A stretch of DNA of 38,516 bases from Chthoniobacteraceae bacterium (GCA_031409655.1 JANNXQ010000237.1:1-38516), one strand, 5' to 3'. Positions 9,139-19,628 are shown, counted from the stretch's first letter. The notes: generated by a model from the letters alone, not told the origin. Numbers and translations: made by a program.

Positions 9139-10458
9139 GTGCCGTCCGTCTCCGAACCACTGACCGAAACCTGCCTGGATCAGGTGGCCAAACACCCTCC
9201 CCATTCCAAGCGACTCTCGCTCCGCGCGAACTTTCTCTGGTCGCTCGGCGGCAACCTCATTTACGCCGCCTGCCAGTGGGGTATGATCATGGTCCTCGCG
9301 AAACTGGGCAGCGCGGAGTTGGTCGGAGAATTTGGCCTCGCCCTCGCGATCACCGCGCCCGTGCTCATCGGCGCGAGCCTCTGCTTGCGGAATGTGCAGG
9401 CCACGGACGCGGTCGGGGACTACGCCTTCGAGCACTACCTTTCGCTCCGCATCTTCACCATGCTGCTCGGCCTCGTCATCGTGGCGGGCGTGACCCTGAG
9501 TTCTGGATACAGCGTCCATTTGGCCTCGGTCATCTTCCTCGTCGGGCTCGCCAAGGCTTTTGAATTCGTGAGCGACATCATCTTCGGCTTCCTCCAGCAG
9601 CGCGAGCAGATGGATCGCATCGCGCGCTCCATGATTTTGAAAGGGCCGCTCTCGCTCGCGGTCATGGCCCTGGCGATTTACTTGACGGGCAATCTGGTCA
9701 TCGCCGCCGCGGGCATCGCCATCGTCTGGGCGGGCATGCTCCTCTGCTACGACGCGCCGATCGCCGCGCGCTTGCTTGGTGGCACGAAGTCCGCACTGCG
9801 ACTGCTGCTTCCGAGTTGGTCGCCCGCCGTCCTCTGGCGGCTCGCGCTGCTAGCCTTCCCCGGAGGCATCGTGATGACGCTCATTTCCTTCAATGGCAAC
9901 ATCCCGCGCTACTTCATCGACTACCATCTCGGCACCCGTGAACTCGGCATCTTCGCCGCGCTCGTCTATCCCATGGTCGCCGGTGGCACGGTCATCGCCG
10001 CGCTCGGCCAATCCGCCACGCCGCGGCTCGCGCAGCTCTATGCGAGCGCGGATCGGGCGGGGTTCAGTCGCTTGCTGGCGCGGCTGGTCCTCATCGGCAC
10101 TGGGCTCGGCGCAGTCGGCGTGCTCGGGGTGTGGCTGCTCGGCGGGCCCATCCTCAGTCTCCTCTACCGCCCTGAGTATGCGGAGTACACCCGCGTCTTC
10201 CTTTGGATCGCCATCTCGACCGGCGTCGCCTTTGCGGCCTCGTTCCTCGGCTACGGCATGACGGCAGCGCGCTACTTCCGTTCTCAGGTGCCCGTCTTCC
10301 TCGCCACACTGCTCGTCACTGCGGCCGCTGGTGCGGTGCTCGTGCCGCGCTTCGGCCTGGTGGGCGCAGCCCTCGCGATGACGGCAGCGAGCATCGTCCA
10401 GATCCTCGGCAGTGCCGCTGTGGTCTGGCACGCCCTTTCCTCGTGCAAAGAGGCATGA
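9139..10458 (+). CDS. wzx: Wzx-type oligosaccharide flippase (CapF-like)
   Basis: About 12 hydrophobic helices; LRANFLW..GNLIYAACQW and FGLVGAALA patterns of MOP flippases. Confidence 0.88.
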   Translation: MPSVSEPLTETCLDQVAKHPPHSKRLSLRANFLWSLGGNLIYAACQWGMIMVLAKLGSAELVGEFGLALAITAPVLIGASLCLRNVQATDAVGDYAFEHYLSLRIFTMLLGLVIVAGVTLSSGYSVHLASVIFLVGLAKAFEFVSDIIFGFLQQREQMDRIARSMILKGPLSLAVMALAIYLTGNLVIAAAGIAIVWAGMLLCYDAPIAARLLGGTKSALRLLLPSWSPAVLWRLALLAFPGGIVMTLISFNGNIPRYFIDYHLGTRELGIFAALVYPMVAGGTVIAALGQSATPRLAQLYASADRAGFSRLLARLVLIGTGLGAVGVLGVWLLGGPILSLLYRPEYAEYTRVFLWIAISTGVAFAASFLGYGMTAARYFRSQVPVFLATLLVTAAAGAVLVPRFGLVGAALAMTAASIVQILGSAAVVWHALSSCKEA

Positions 10459-11615
10459 CCGCCCCGCTCCATCCCCGTCCCACTCGCGTCCTCCACATCG
10501 TGGGCGGCATGGTGCGCGGCGGCATCGAGACATGGCTCATGAATATCCTCCGGCATCGCGATCCCGCGCAGTGCCAGATGGACTTCCTCGTCCACACCAC
10601 CGAGCCCGGCCCCTACGACGACGAAGCCCGCCGCCTTGGCAGCCGCATCTTTCCCTGCCTCAGTCCGGCGCGGCCCTGGGAGTATGGGCGCAATTTTCGA
10701 CGCATCCTCGAGACCCACGGCCCCTTCGAGGTCGTCCATAGTCACGTGCATCTTTTCAATGGCTTCACGATGCGCTGCGCCCGCCGCGCCGGGATCCCCG
10801 TCCGCATCGCGCACAGCCACGTGGACACCATGCCCGAAGACGTCGCGCCCGGTCTCGCCCGGCGGCTCTATCTCGGGAGCATGCGCCGTTTGATCTGGAA
10901 AAATGCCACGCACGGCCTCGCCGCGAGCCAGCAGGCGGCGGCCGCCCTCTTCGGCCCCGGGTGGAATGAAGACCCGCGCTTTCGCCTGCTCTTCTACGGG
11001 ATCGATCTCTCCGGCTACCAGCCCGCGCCCGACCCCGCGGTCCGCGCCGAACTCGGCCTGCCCGCGGATGCCTTCGTCGTCGGCCACATCGGCCGCTTTG
11101 ATGAGCAAAAGAACCACGGTTTCCTCCTCGAAATCGCCCAAGCCCTCGCCGCGCTCGAGCCGCGGATGCGCCTGCTCCTCATCGGCGCGGGATCGTTGCG
11201 GCCCACCATGGAAAAGCGCGCCGTGGAACTCGGCATCGCCGACCGCGTGATCTTCGCCGGCCTGCGCTCCGACATCGCGCGGGTGCTCAAAGGCGCCGTC
11301 GATGTCTTCACCCTGCCGTCGCTCTGTGAAGGTCTCGCCATCGTGCTCATCGAAGCGCAAGCGGCTGGCCTGCCCTGCGTTTTCACGGAGACGATTCCCG
11401 GTGAAGCCACGGTCGTCCCCGAACTCACGACCCGCGTCCCACTCGCCGAGCCCGCCGCCTCCTGGGCCGCCCGGATCCTTGACGCAGGCCGCAGGGCGCG
11501 GCCCGTCAACCAGACCGACGCCCTGGCCACCGTCACCGCCAGCCCTTTCGATATTCAGCGATCCGTCGCGTCGCTCCTCGACGTTTACGCCACGGCCACC
11601 TCGCGCCTCCCATGA
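10455..11615 (+). CDS. glycosyltransferase family 4 (EpsF-like)
   Basis: RVLHIVGGMVRGGIETWLMN, GHIGRFDEQKNH, PSLCEGL..VLIEAQAAGLP; ATGA overlap with wzx. Confidence 0.92.
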   Translation: MTAPLHPRPTRVLHIVGGMVRGGIETWLMNILRHRDPAQCQMDFLVHTTEPGPYDDEARRLGSRIFPCLSPARPWEYGRNFRRILETHGPFEVVHSHVHLFNGFTMRCARRAGIPVRIAHSHVDTMPEDVAPGLARRLYLGSMRRLIWKNATHGLAASQQAAAALFGPGWNEDPRFRLLFYGIDLSGYQPAPDPAVRAELGLPADAFVVGHIGRFDEQKNHGFLLEIAQALAALEPRMRLLLIGAGSLRPTMEKRAVELGIADRVIFAGLRSDIARVLKGAVDVFTLPSLCEGLAIVLIEAQAAGLPCVFTETIPGEATVVPELTTRVPLAEPAASWAARILDAGRRARPVNQTDALATVTASPFDIQRSVASLLDVYATATSRLP

Positions 11616-13150
11616 CCCCGGCCCGTCGCCCAGCTCGCACCCCGGTCGATCTTTCGAGTCTGCAGATCGCGATCGCGGGCTGTGTCGCGATCATTGCCTA
11701 CCTCGTCGCCACCGCCGACGGGATGACGCACTGGTTCCTCGCACCGGTCTTCGTTTGCGGCGTGCTGATCAGTCACGACGCCGTCGAGTATCTGCGCGGT
11801 CGTCTCGATTTGTTCGACCCCGTCGGCATCCTTGGCCTCTTCGGCGTGCATTTCTTTTTCCTCTGCCCGCTCCTCCACGTCGCCTGGGACAGCTACCTCG
11901 AGGACTACCTCGCCCATCCGCCGGACTGGCGCCCGTGGCTCGGCCACATGGCGATGCTGAACGCTGCCGGACTCTGCCTCTACCAGGGCGCCCGCCGCCG
12001 CGCTGCGCTCTGGGGAGGAAATGCTCCCCCGACGACGATGCGGCAGGTCGCGCGCGGTCGGATGTATTTCGCCTGCATCGTGGGACTGCTCGTCAGCGGT
12101 ACTTTGCAGGTCGGCTTTTACATCATGCGCGGCGGCATCATGAGCTACATCGACAGCATCACCGCATCGGTCGGCGCCGCGTCCGAAGACCAGGCCGATC
12201 AGGGGATGGGCATCATCTTCATGATCTCGGAGAGCTTCCCGATCCTCGCGATGATGTTTTACGCGCTGGTCTCGGAAAAAAGAAAGTGGGCTCGCGCCCT
12301 CACCGTGGTCCTCATCGCGCTGTTCGTCTTTTTCGTCCTGAAGATCTTCTTCGGCGGCTTGCGCGGGAGCCGCTCGAATATCATCTGGGGGCTCTTCTGG
12401 GCCGCGGGCATCATCCACTGCTGGGTCCGCCCGCTGAGTCGGCAATTCGTCGCCGTGGGCCTCTGCTTCCTCGTGGCCTTTATGTACATCTACGGCTTTT
12501 ACAAAGGCCTCGGCAGTCAGGCAATGGCCGCCTTTGAAGACGGATCACTCAACCAAAAAAGTCGGCGTGGGATGGACTCAATGTTGCTAGGTGATCTGGG
12601 CAGGGCGGACGTTCATGCGTTTCTCCTGCATCGCATCATGAAAGAAGATTCAGACTACCAGCTTGGTTGGGGCCGGACCTACATCGGCTCCGTCGGCCTG
12701 CTCGTGCCCCGCGGTTTCTGGCCGTATCGACCACCGATCAAGACCAAGGAAGGCACGGACGCCTTTTTCGGCGCGGGCACCTACGACGAGGGCAAGTGGT
12801 ACTCGTCGAAAGTGTACGGCATCGCGGGCGAGACGATGTTGAATTTCGGCCCATGGCCCGTGCCCTTCGCCTATTTGCTCTTTGGCCTCGTCGTCGGGCG
12901 CTTGCAACGCTTTCATCGCAATCTTGATCGCCGTGATGCGCGCCTGCTGGCTTATCCGTTCTTCGTCGTCTGGTGTTTCAGCATCCTCCAGTCCGACTCC
13001 GACAATTTGATCTTCAACTTCATCAAGGACGGCATGATGCCTCTGGCCGTGGTGTACTTTGGTTCGCGCACCGTGCGGCGAAAAATTGCGGCCCCTCCAG
13101 ACCGCACTCCAGCCACCCTGCCTCCCATGAGCGGAGCCTTAGCCGCATGA
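11612..13150 (+). CDS. wzy: putative Wzy polysaccharide polymerase
   Basis: Polytopic membrane protein with a GSRS motif, a large loop (LGWGRTY..PR..WP..P) and GE..LNFG; position within the Wzx locus; ATGA overlaps on both sides. Confidence 0.72.
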   Translation: MTPARRPARTPVDLSSLQIAIAGCVAIIAYLVATADGMTHWFLAPVFVCGVLISHDAVEYLRGRLDLFDPVGILGLFGVHFFFLCPLLHVAWDSYLEDYLAHPPDWRPWLGHMAMLNAAGLCLYQGARRRAALWGGNAPPTTMRQVARGRMYFACIVGLLVSGTLQVGFYIMRGGIMSYIDSITASVGAASEDQADQGMGIIFMISESFPILAMMFYALVSEKRKWARALTVVLIALFVFFVLKIFFGGLRGSRSNIIWGLFWAAGIIHCWVRPLSRQFVAVGLCFLVAFMYIYGFYKGLGSQAMAAFEDGSLNQKSRRGMDSMLLGDLGRADVHAFLLHRIMKEDSDYQLGWGRTYIGSVGLLVPRGFWPYRPPIKTKEGTDAFFGAGTYDEGKWYSSKVYGIAGETMLNFGPWPVPFAYLLFGLVVGRLQRFHRNLDRRDARLLAYPFFVVWCFSILQSDSDNLIFNFIKDGMMPLAVVYFGSRTVRRKIAAPPDRTPATLPPMSGALAA

Positions 13151-14346
13151 ACGTCATCGTCGCCTGCGATCATCATTTCGAGCGTTCGCCAGATGGGACC
13201 GTTTGGGCCCACGGGCCACTCACCCATGCCTTCTGGGCGCGCTATCTGCCGGTCTTTGAAAAAGTGCGACTCGTGGCCCGCGTCCGCGAGATTCCCAAAG
13301 CGCCCACCAACGAGCAACCGGCGAGCGGCGCAGGCGTGGAATTCATCCCGGTGCCGGACTTCACCGGCCCGCAGCAATTCATGCTCCGGAGGCGCTCGAT
13401 CATGAAAGTTGCCGCGGGCGCGATTGGCCGCGACGATGCCGTGTTCCTGCGCGCCCCGACGCCGGTGGGCAATTGCCTCGTGCCGGAACTGCGCCGCACT
13501 GGACGGCCTTTTGGGATGGAAGTCGTTGGCGATCCTTACGACTCCTTCTCCGCGAATGCGGTCAAACATCCGCTGCGCCGTTTCTTCCGCTGGATGTTCG
13601 CGCGCAATCTCCGGAACCTCTGCCAGTCCGCCTGTGGCGTGAGCTACGTCACCCAGCACGCGCTGCAACGCCGCTACCCGCCCTCGCCCGGCGCCTTCTC
13701 CACCCACTACTCGAGCATCGACCTTCCGGCGTCCTCCTTCGTCGCGGCGCCGCGCACCGGACCGATCTCTTCGCCCGCCCGACTGCTCCTCGTCGGCACC
13801 CTCGCCGGACTTTACAAGGCACCAGACGTCCTCATCGACGCCGTCGCCCGGTGCGCCAGTCGTGGCCTTTCGCTGAAGCTCACGATCGTCGGCGGAGGCG
13901 TGCATCAGCAGGATCTCCAGGCTCGGGCCACCGCCCACGGCCTCAATGGGGCCGTCCAATTCACCGGGAATCTTTCCGACCCCGCCGCGGTGCGTGACGA
14001 GTTGGATAAGGCGGATCTCTACGTCATGCCTTCCCGTCAGGAGGGTCTGCCGCGCGCTCTGATCGAAGCCATGGCGCGCGGGCTCCCGGCCATCAGTTCG
14101 ACCGTCGGCGGCATCCCCGAACTGCTCCCGGCGGAAGATCTGGTCCCGCCAAACGATGTGGAAGCACTGGCCGCGAAAATCGCGGAAGTGCTCGCCGATC
14201 CCGCGCGCCTCGCCAGCGAGTCCGCGCGCAATCTGGTCAAAGCCCGCGAGTATTGCCAGGACGTGCTCACCCCGCGCCGCATCGCGCTCTACGGCCACGT
14301 CCGGGACTGCACCGAACGCTGGCTGGCGACGAGGAAGAGTGGATGA
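13147..14346 (+). CDS. glycosyltransferase family 4
   Basis: YKAPDVLI and PSRQEGLPRALIEAMARGLP.ISSTVGGIPE GT-B motifs. Confidence 0.92.
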   Translation: MNVIVACDHHFERSPDGTVWAHGPLTHAFWARYLPVFEKVRLVARVREIPKAPTNEQPASGAGVEFIPVPDFTGPQQFMLRRRSIMKVAAGAIGRDDAVFLRAPTPVGNCLVPELRRTGRPFGMEVVGDPYDSFSANAVKHPLRRFFRWMFARNLRNLCQSACGVSYVTQHALQRRYPPSPGAFSTHYSSIDLPASSFVAAPRTGPISSPARLLLVGTLAGLYKAPDVLIDAVARCASRGLSLKLTIVGGGVHQQDLQARATAHGLNGAVQFTGNLSDPAAVRDELDKADLYVMPSRQEGLPRALIEAMARGLPAISSTVGGIPELLPAEDLVPPNDVEALAAKIAEVLADPARLASESARNLVKAREYCQDVLTPRRIALYGHVRDCTERWLATRKSG

Positions 14347-14410
14347 CGGACGGCCCAGCTTCGCCACGCCCCCCGCCTTCACCTCACGCCTCTCCCTTTC
14401 TCTCTGACCT

Positions 14411-16306
14411 ATGTGCGGATTCGCCGGATTCTTTGACGCCCTTTCGCCTGTCCCTTCCGCGGAGATGGAGAAAATCGCCACGCGGATGGCCACGCGCATC
14501 GTGCATCGCGGCCCGGACGACGCCGGCGCCTGGGCCGATGACAATGCGGGGATCGCGCTCGGTTTCCGCCGGCTCTCGATCGTCGATCTCTCGCCCGCCG
14601 GCCATCAGCCGATGCACTCCGCGAGCGGTCGCTACGTGATCAGCTTCAATGGCGAGATCTACAATCACCGCACCCTTCGCGCCGAACTCGATCCGCCGCC
14701 GGGAGGCTTTCGCGGCCACTCGGACACCGAGGTGCTGCTCGCCGCTGTGGAGCAGTGGGGCCTCGAAGCGGCCGTCCGGCGTTTTGTCGGCATGTATGCC
14801 TTTGCGCTCTGGGATCGGCGGGACCGCCGCCTGCACCTCTGCCGCGATCGTCTTGGCGAGCGCCCCCTTTACTACGGGCGCATGGGTAGCACGCTGCTCT
14901 TCGGCTCGGAGTTAAAGGCTCTCGAAGCGCATCCCGCCTGGCGCGGGGAGATCGATCGCAACGTCCTCCCGCTGCTCCTGCGGTACGACTACATCCCCAC
15001 GCCTTTCTCGATCTACCGCGGCATTCGCAAGCTCACCCCGGGCACCGTGCTCACTTTTGATCGGCCCGATAGCGCCGCGGTGCCCGTGCCCTATTGGTCG
15101 GCGCGCGAGGTCATGGAAAGGGGCGGCGCGACGCGCTTTTCCGGAAACCTCAGCGCGGCGCACGATCGTCTGGAAGAGCTGCTCCGCGGGACGATCCGCG
15201 ATCAAATGGTCGCGGACGTGCCCGTGGGCGCGCTGCTTTCCGGCGGCGTCGATTCCTCCATGGTCGTGGCGCTGATGCAGCGCGAGTCCTCGCAGCCCGT
15301 GCGCACTTTTACCATCGGCTTCACCGGCGGCTCGGGGCAGGTGAATGAGGCGCCTTTCGCGAAAGATGTGGCCAAGCATCTCGGCACCGAACACACCGAG
15401 CTCTACCTCACGCCGCAGGATGCGCTCGAGGTCATCCCGAAGCTCCCGACGATCTACGACGAACCTTTCGCCGACGTCTCCGGCATCCCCACCTACCTCG
15501 TCTCCGCCATGGCGCGCCGCGACGTGACGGTGTGCCTCTCGGGTGATGGCGGCGATGAACTTTTCGCCGGCTATCACCGCCACTTTTACGCCCGCGCCAT
15601 CTGGGATCGCATCGGCTGGCTGCCGCAGCCCGCCCGCCGCGCCGCCGCGGCGCTCCTGAGCGCCACGGCGCCACTGCTGCCGAAGGGGCGGAAAATCACG
15701 AAGCTCGCCGAGGTCATCGACGTGGCCAACGCCTACGAGCTTTACCCGCGCTTCATGTCGCATTGGCGCGATCCCGGCGCGCTCACGCCCGGCGCCGTCG
15801 AACCGCTCACGCCGATGCTCGACGACCGCCGCCAGCGTTTGCCCGATCACGTCGAGGAAATGCAGTGCCTTGACATGCTCGGCTACCTGCCAGACTGCAT
15901 CCTCGTGAAGACCGACCGCGCCGCGATGGCTGTCAGCCTGGAACTGCGGGTGCCTTTCCTCGACCACCGCGTCCTCGAATTTGCGGCCACGCTACCGGTC
16001 GCGATGAAGTTGCACCACGGCCAGGGCAAACACGTCCTGCGCACCCTGCTTCACAAATTCGTGCCCAAGGCCCTCGTCGATCGTCCGAAGTGGGGCTTCG
16101 TCGTCCCGCTCGGCGATTGGCTGCGCGGCCCGCTCAAGGACTGGACGGCCAGTCTCCTCGATGAATCGCGCCTGCGCCGCGAAGGCTGGTTCGAGCCGGC
16201 CCCGATTCAGGCCCAGTGGAAGGAGCACCTCTCCGGCAAGCGCGACCGCGTGGCTTCGCTCTGGAGCGTGCTCATGTTTCAGGCCTGGCTGGATCGCCCC
16301 CGCTGA
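14411..16306 (+). CDS. asnB: asparagine synthase-like glutamine amidotransferase, probably acting on sugar
   Basis: MCGFAG N-terminal nucleophile, HRGPD, RRLSIVDLS, FNGEIYN, LSGGVDSS, SGDGGDELFAGY. Confidence 0.93.
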   Translation: MCGFAGFFDALSPVPSAEMEKIATRMATRIVHRGPDDAGAWADDNAGIALGFRRLSIVDLSPAGHQPMHSASGRYVISFNGEIYNHRTLRAELDPPPGGFRGHSDTEVLLAAVEQWGLEAAVRRFVGMYAFALWDRRDRRLHLCRDRLGERPLYYGRMGSTLLFGSELKALEAHPAWRGEIDRNVLPLLLRYDYIPTPFSIYRGIRKLTPGTVLTFDRPDSAAVPVPYWSAREVMERGGATRFSGNLSAAHDRLEELLRGTIRDQMVADVPVGALLSGGVDSSMVVALMQRESSQPVRTFTIGFTGGSGQVNEAPFAKDVAKHLGTEHTELYLTPQDALEVIPKLPTIYDEPFADVSGIPTYLVSAMARRDVTVCLSGDGGDELFAGYHRHFYARAIWDRIGWLPQPARRAAAALLSATAPLLPKGRKITKLAEVIDVANAYELYPRFMSHWRDPGALTPGAVEPLTPMLDDRRQRLPDHVEEMQCLDMLGYLPDCILVKTDRAAMAVSLELRVPFLDHRVLEFAATLPVAMKLHHGQGKHVLRTLLHKFVPKALVDRPKWGFVVPLGDWLRGPLKDWTASLLDESRLRREGWFEPAPIQAQWKEHLSGKRDRVASLWSVLMFQAWLDRPR

Positions 16307-16354
16307 ACTCGACGCGCCGTCAGGCACGGCGCGCGCTCATCTCATTTTCAGACC

Positions 16355-17134
16355 ATGGAGATTATTCAGTCCCGAACCGCTCCGATACCACCAGCCACCC
16401 TTGCCAAGCGCGCTTTTGCCTGCAAAAGCGGCGTCCTCGTGGCGGCTTGTGCCTTCGTGGTTTCCGTCAGTTATCTCATCGTCTTTTTGCCGCCTTCGTC
16501 GGCGCGCGTGCTCCTCCGTGAAGATGGCCCCGTCGAGCAGGCCACGGCGGCCCTTTTCCTACTCGCGAGCTTCACCTTTTTCCTGACCTGGCGGCGGCGC
16601 CGACACCAGCCAACGCCCCAGACCGATCGCCCCATCTACATCCTCATCCTCGCCGCGCTGATGTTCATCTGCATGGGGGAAGAAATTAGTTGGGGGCAGC
16701 GGATCTTCGGCTGGGAGACGCCGCCGACGTGGAAGGTGCAAAATGCCCAGGCGGAAACCAATCTCCACAACCTCTCCTTCATCGAAGGCGGCATCCGCAA
16801 TCCGAAGACGCAAAAATTTCTCCGCTCGCTTACCAACGCAAACCGGCTTTTCGCGCTCTTTTGGCTCACCTTCTTCGTCGCGGTCCCGCTGCTGGACCGC
16901 ATCTCGGCTCACGCCCGGAGGGTCTTCCAGGCCCTCGGCCTACCCGTCCCCTCGCCGTGGTTTGGCGCTCTCTTTCTCATCAACCAAATCGCATTTTCTC
17001 TAGGAACCCGGCAACTCATCGTATTCGACATATATACCACAGATGTATTCCCATTGGATGAACTGAAGGAACAAAACTACGCCCTCATCTACGCCACTAC
17101 CGGAATCCTAGCCTGGAACCATGCGCGCGTTTGA
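16355..17134 (+). CDS. uncharacterised polytopic membrane protein (EDG/GEEISWGQR/ETNLHN motifs)
   Basis: Several TM segments with polar motifs EDGPVE, GEEISWGQR, NAQAETNLHN and ELKE. Confidence 0.75.
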   Translation: MEIIQSRTAPIPPATLAKRAFACKSGVLVAACAFVVSVSYLIVFLPPSSARVLLREDGPVEQATAALFLLASFTFFLTWRRRRHQPTPQTDRPIYILILAALMFICMGEEISWGQRIFGWETPPTWKVQNAQAETNLHNLSFIEGGIRNPKTQKFLRSLTNANRLFALFWLTFFVAVPLLDRISAHARRVFQALGLPVPSPWFGALFLINQIAFSLGTRQLIVFDIYTTDVFPLDELKEQNYALIYATTGILAWNHARV

Positions 17135-17231
17135 AAAACGCCATACTACCAACTGGGGAGTTCCCTGCTAATTTTCCGAAAACGCCTCGATTCAGTCTGT
17201 TCACTCCGTTTTCCATGATCACAATCGCATC

Positions 17232-18428
17232 ATGAAAGTGCTGCACGTCATGACGGCCATCGATCGCGGTGGTGCCGAGGGACATTTGATGGAACTCGTC
17301 ACCCACCAGCGCGCGGCGGGCGTCGAGGTGGCGGTCGCGTATCTCAAGGGCCAAGGCTACTGGGCGCCGAAGATGCGCGAGCTCGGGGTGGCGGTTCACT
17401 TTCTCGATCTCAAATTCTACGGCCACCTCGCGCCGGTGAAGGCCCTCCGAAAGCTGGTCAAGGGGGAGCACTTTGATCTCGTCCATGCCCACCTGCCGCC
17501 GGCGGAACTCTACGTCCGGCTCGCGCTCCTCGGGATCAGCGAGCAGCAATTGCCCCTGCTCATCACGAAGCACAACGACTGCGCTTTTCATGAGCAGCCT
17601 GGCGAGGGCCTGCTCGGCCGGTGGGTCGCAAAGCGCGCGTGGAAAGTGGTCGCGATCTCCGACGCCGTCCGCCGCTTCATGATCGCGCCGACGCTCGGTC
17701 TGCCAGACGCGCAGGTTGAGACGATCGTCTATGGCAGCAACTCCAAACCCTACCAGTCCGTGGCGCCGGAGCCGGTCGCCGCGCTCCGGGAGCAATGGAA
17801 GCTGCCGCCGGAAAACTCGATCGTCATCGGCTTCGCGGGCCGACTGGTGCCCCAAAAAGACATCAAGATCTTACTCCGCGCCTTCGCGCTTTTCTCCACG
17901 GCCCACGCGCGCGGTGCCCGGCTCGTGATGGTGGGCATGGGACCACTGGAGGCGGAAATGAAGCAATTTGCCGATGACCTCGGTCTCGGGGACACGGTGA
18001 TCTGGGCGGGCTTCCGCGAAGATGTGCCGGTGGTCATGAATGCGTTCGACGTCTTTGCGCTGACCTCAAAGCACGAAGGCTTCGGCCTCGTGCTCGTGGA
18101 GGCGATGGCCGCGGGCAAACCCGTCGTCGCCACCCGGGCCGGCGCGATCCCGGAAGTGGTGGTCGATGGCGAGACTGGATACCTCGCAGAGATCGGGGAC
18201 AGCACCGCCATCAGCGAGGCTTTCACGCGGCTGCTCGATCCTAAATTGCGCCAGCGCCTCGGCGAAGCCGGCCGCCAGCGCGCGATGGAACGATTTTCTC
18301 TCGGCCGGATGTTTGCCGAGACCGATGCGCTCTACGAGCGCTGCTTCCGCCACTATGCGAAGACCCCGAAGACCTTCGCGAGCCAGACCCACGAATCCAG
18401 CGCCACCCCGAGCGCCTCGATCCACTGA
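17232..18428 (+). CDS. glycosyltransferase family 4
   Basis: KVLHVMT..RGGAE, GRLVPQKD, SKHEGFGLVLVEAMAAGKPVVAT..GAIPEVV. Confidence 0.93.
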   Translation: MKVLHVMTAIDRGGAEGHLMELVTHQRAAGVEVAVAYLKGQGYWAPKMRELGVAVHFLDLKFYGHLAPVKALRKLVKGEHFDLVHAHLPPAELYVRLALLGISEQQLPLLITKHNDCAFHEQPGEGLLGRWVAKRAWKVVAISDAVRRFMIAPTLGLPDAQVETIVYGSNSKPYQSVAPEPVAALREQWKLPPENSIVIGFAGRLVPQKDIKILLRAFALFSTAHARGARLVMVGMGPLEAEMKQFADDLGLGDTVIWAGFREDVPVVMNAFDVFALTSKHEGFGLVLVEAMAAGKPVVATRAGAIPEVVVDGETGYLAEIGDSTAISEAFTRLLDPKLRQRLGEAGRQRAMERFSLGRMFAETDALYERCFRHYAKTPKTFASQTHESSATPSASIH

Positions 18429-18437
18429 CGAAAAGCG

Positions 18438-19628
18438 ATGCGCATCCTTTTCGTCGTCCCCAATGTCGTCAGCTACTGCGTCTTCCTCGCGGAGCTGAGC
18501 GCGCGCCTGCACGGCGCGGGACACGAGATCCACGTGGCCTGCTCGCCCCACACCCTCTTTGGCCATGAGGCGCCGCCGGATCCTTCCGCCACCGTCCATC
18601 CGGTCACCTTCCCCCGCGGCATGAACCCACTGGGCCACCTCCGCGCCGCCCGCGAGCTGGACGCCCTCGTCACGCGCCTCCAACCCGACTTGATCCACGC
18701 GCACTTCTCCGCCGCGCTTTTCACCACCGCCCTCGCGCGCCGTGCGCGCTGGCCCGTCACGCTCGGGACCTATCACGGCATGTCCTTTCCGCTCATGCCA
18801 GGCTTGAAAAGTCGCATCCTGCGCGTCGCGGAAAGTTGGACCGCCACGCGCTTCGATCACGTGTGGGTGTTGACCAGCGACGACCGCGAAGCCTTGCTCG
18901 GCTCCGCGCCTTCCGCCCGAGTTTCCGTCCACCGTTCCGCCGGGATCGGCTGCTCGCTGGAGCAATTTCACCCCGACCGCGTGTCCGCCACCGAGCGCGC
19001 CGAACTGCGCGCGGAACATCGCCTGAAACCCGACGAGTGTGTCTTCGTCTTCGTCGGTCGCTTCGCCGATTTCAAAGGCTTCGGCCTCACCGTCCGCGCT
19101 TTCCTCCAGCTCGCTCCCAAACACCCCAAGCTGCGTCTCCTGCTCGTCGGCACCGCTGATCCCATCCACCCCACCGGCCTCACGCCCGAGGAGGAAACGG
19201 CGCGCCAGGGCTGCGCCCAGATCGTGGAAGCGGGGCACCGCAGCGACGTCTGGCGCTATCTGGCGATCTCGGACGCCATGGTCTTTCCCAGCCAGCGCGA
19301 AGGCATGCCGGTCTGCACCATGGAAGCGATCGCGATGGGCGTGCCCGTCATCACCAGCGATTCCCGAGGCTGCCGCGACACCGTCCGTGACGGTGTCGAT
19401 GGCTTCCTGCTGCGCGCTGCGACGCTCGATGCCATGACCACCGCCATGACGAAACTCGCCACCGACCCAGACCTGCGCCGCCGGATGAGCGCTGCCGCTC
19501 TCGCCGGTCGCGAGCGTTTCAGCCGCGACGCCTACATCCGTGAGCAGATCGGCATCTACGAAAGCCACGTCGCCCCTGCAGGATCAAGCGAAGCAACCGG
19601 AGCCCTCGCCAAAACGCATGGTCACTAG
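18438..19628 (+). CDS. glycosyltransferase family 4 (CapM/PglA-like)
   Basis: FVGRF..KG and PSQREGMP...MEAIAMGVPVITSD.RGCRD.V; directly upstream of the priming transferase. Confidence 0.9.
   Translation: MRILFVVPNVVSYCVFLAELSARLHGAGHEIHVACSPHTLFGHEAPPDPSATVHPVTFPRGMNPLGHLRAARELDALVTRLQPDLIHAHFSAALFTTALARRARWPVTLGTYHGMSFPLMPGLKSRILRVAESWTATRFDHVWVLTSDDREALLGSAPSARVSVHRSAGIGCSLEQFHPDRVSATERAELRAEHRLKPDECVFVFVGRFADFKGFGLTVRAFLQLAPKHPKLRLLLVGTADPIHPTGLTPEEETARQGCAQIVEAGHRSDVWRYLAISDAMVFPSQREGMPVCTMEAIAMGVPVITSDSRGCRDTVRDGVDGFLLRAATLDAMTTAMTKLATDPDLRRRMSAAALAGRERFSRDAYIREQIGIYESHVAPAGSSEATGALAKTHGH

Noticed and set aside
16313..16333. Hairpin cgcgccgt-caggc-acggcgcg after asnB
   Set aside because: No adjacent U-tract and located mid-operon, so not called as a terminator.
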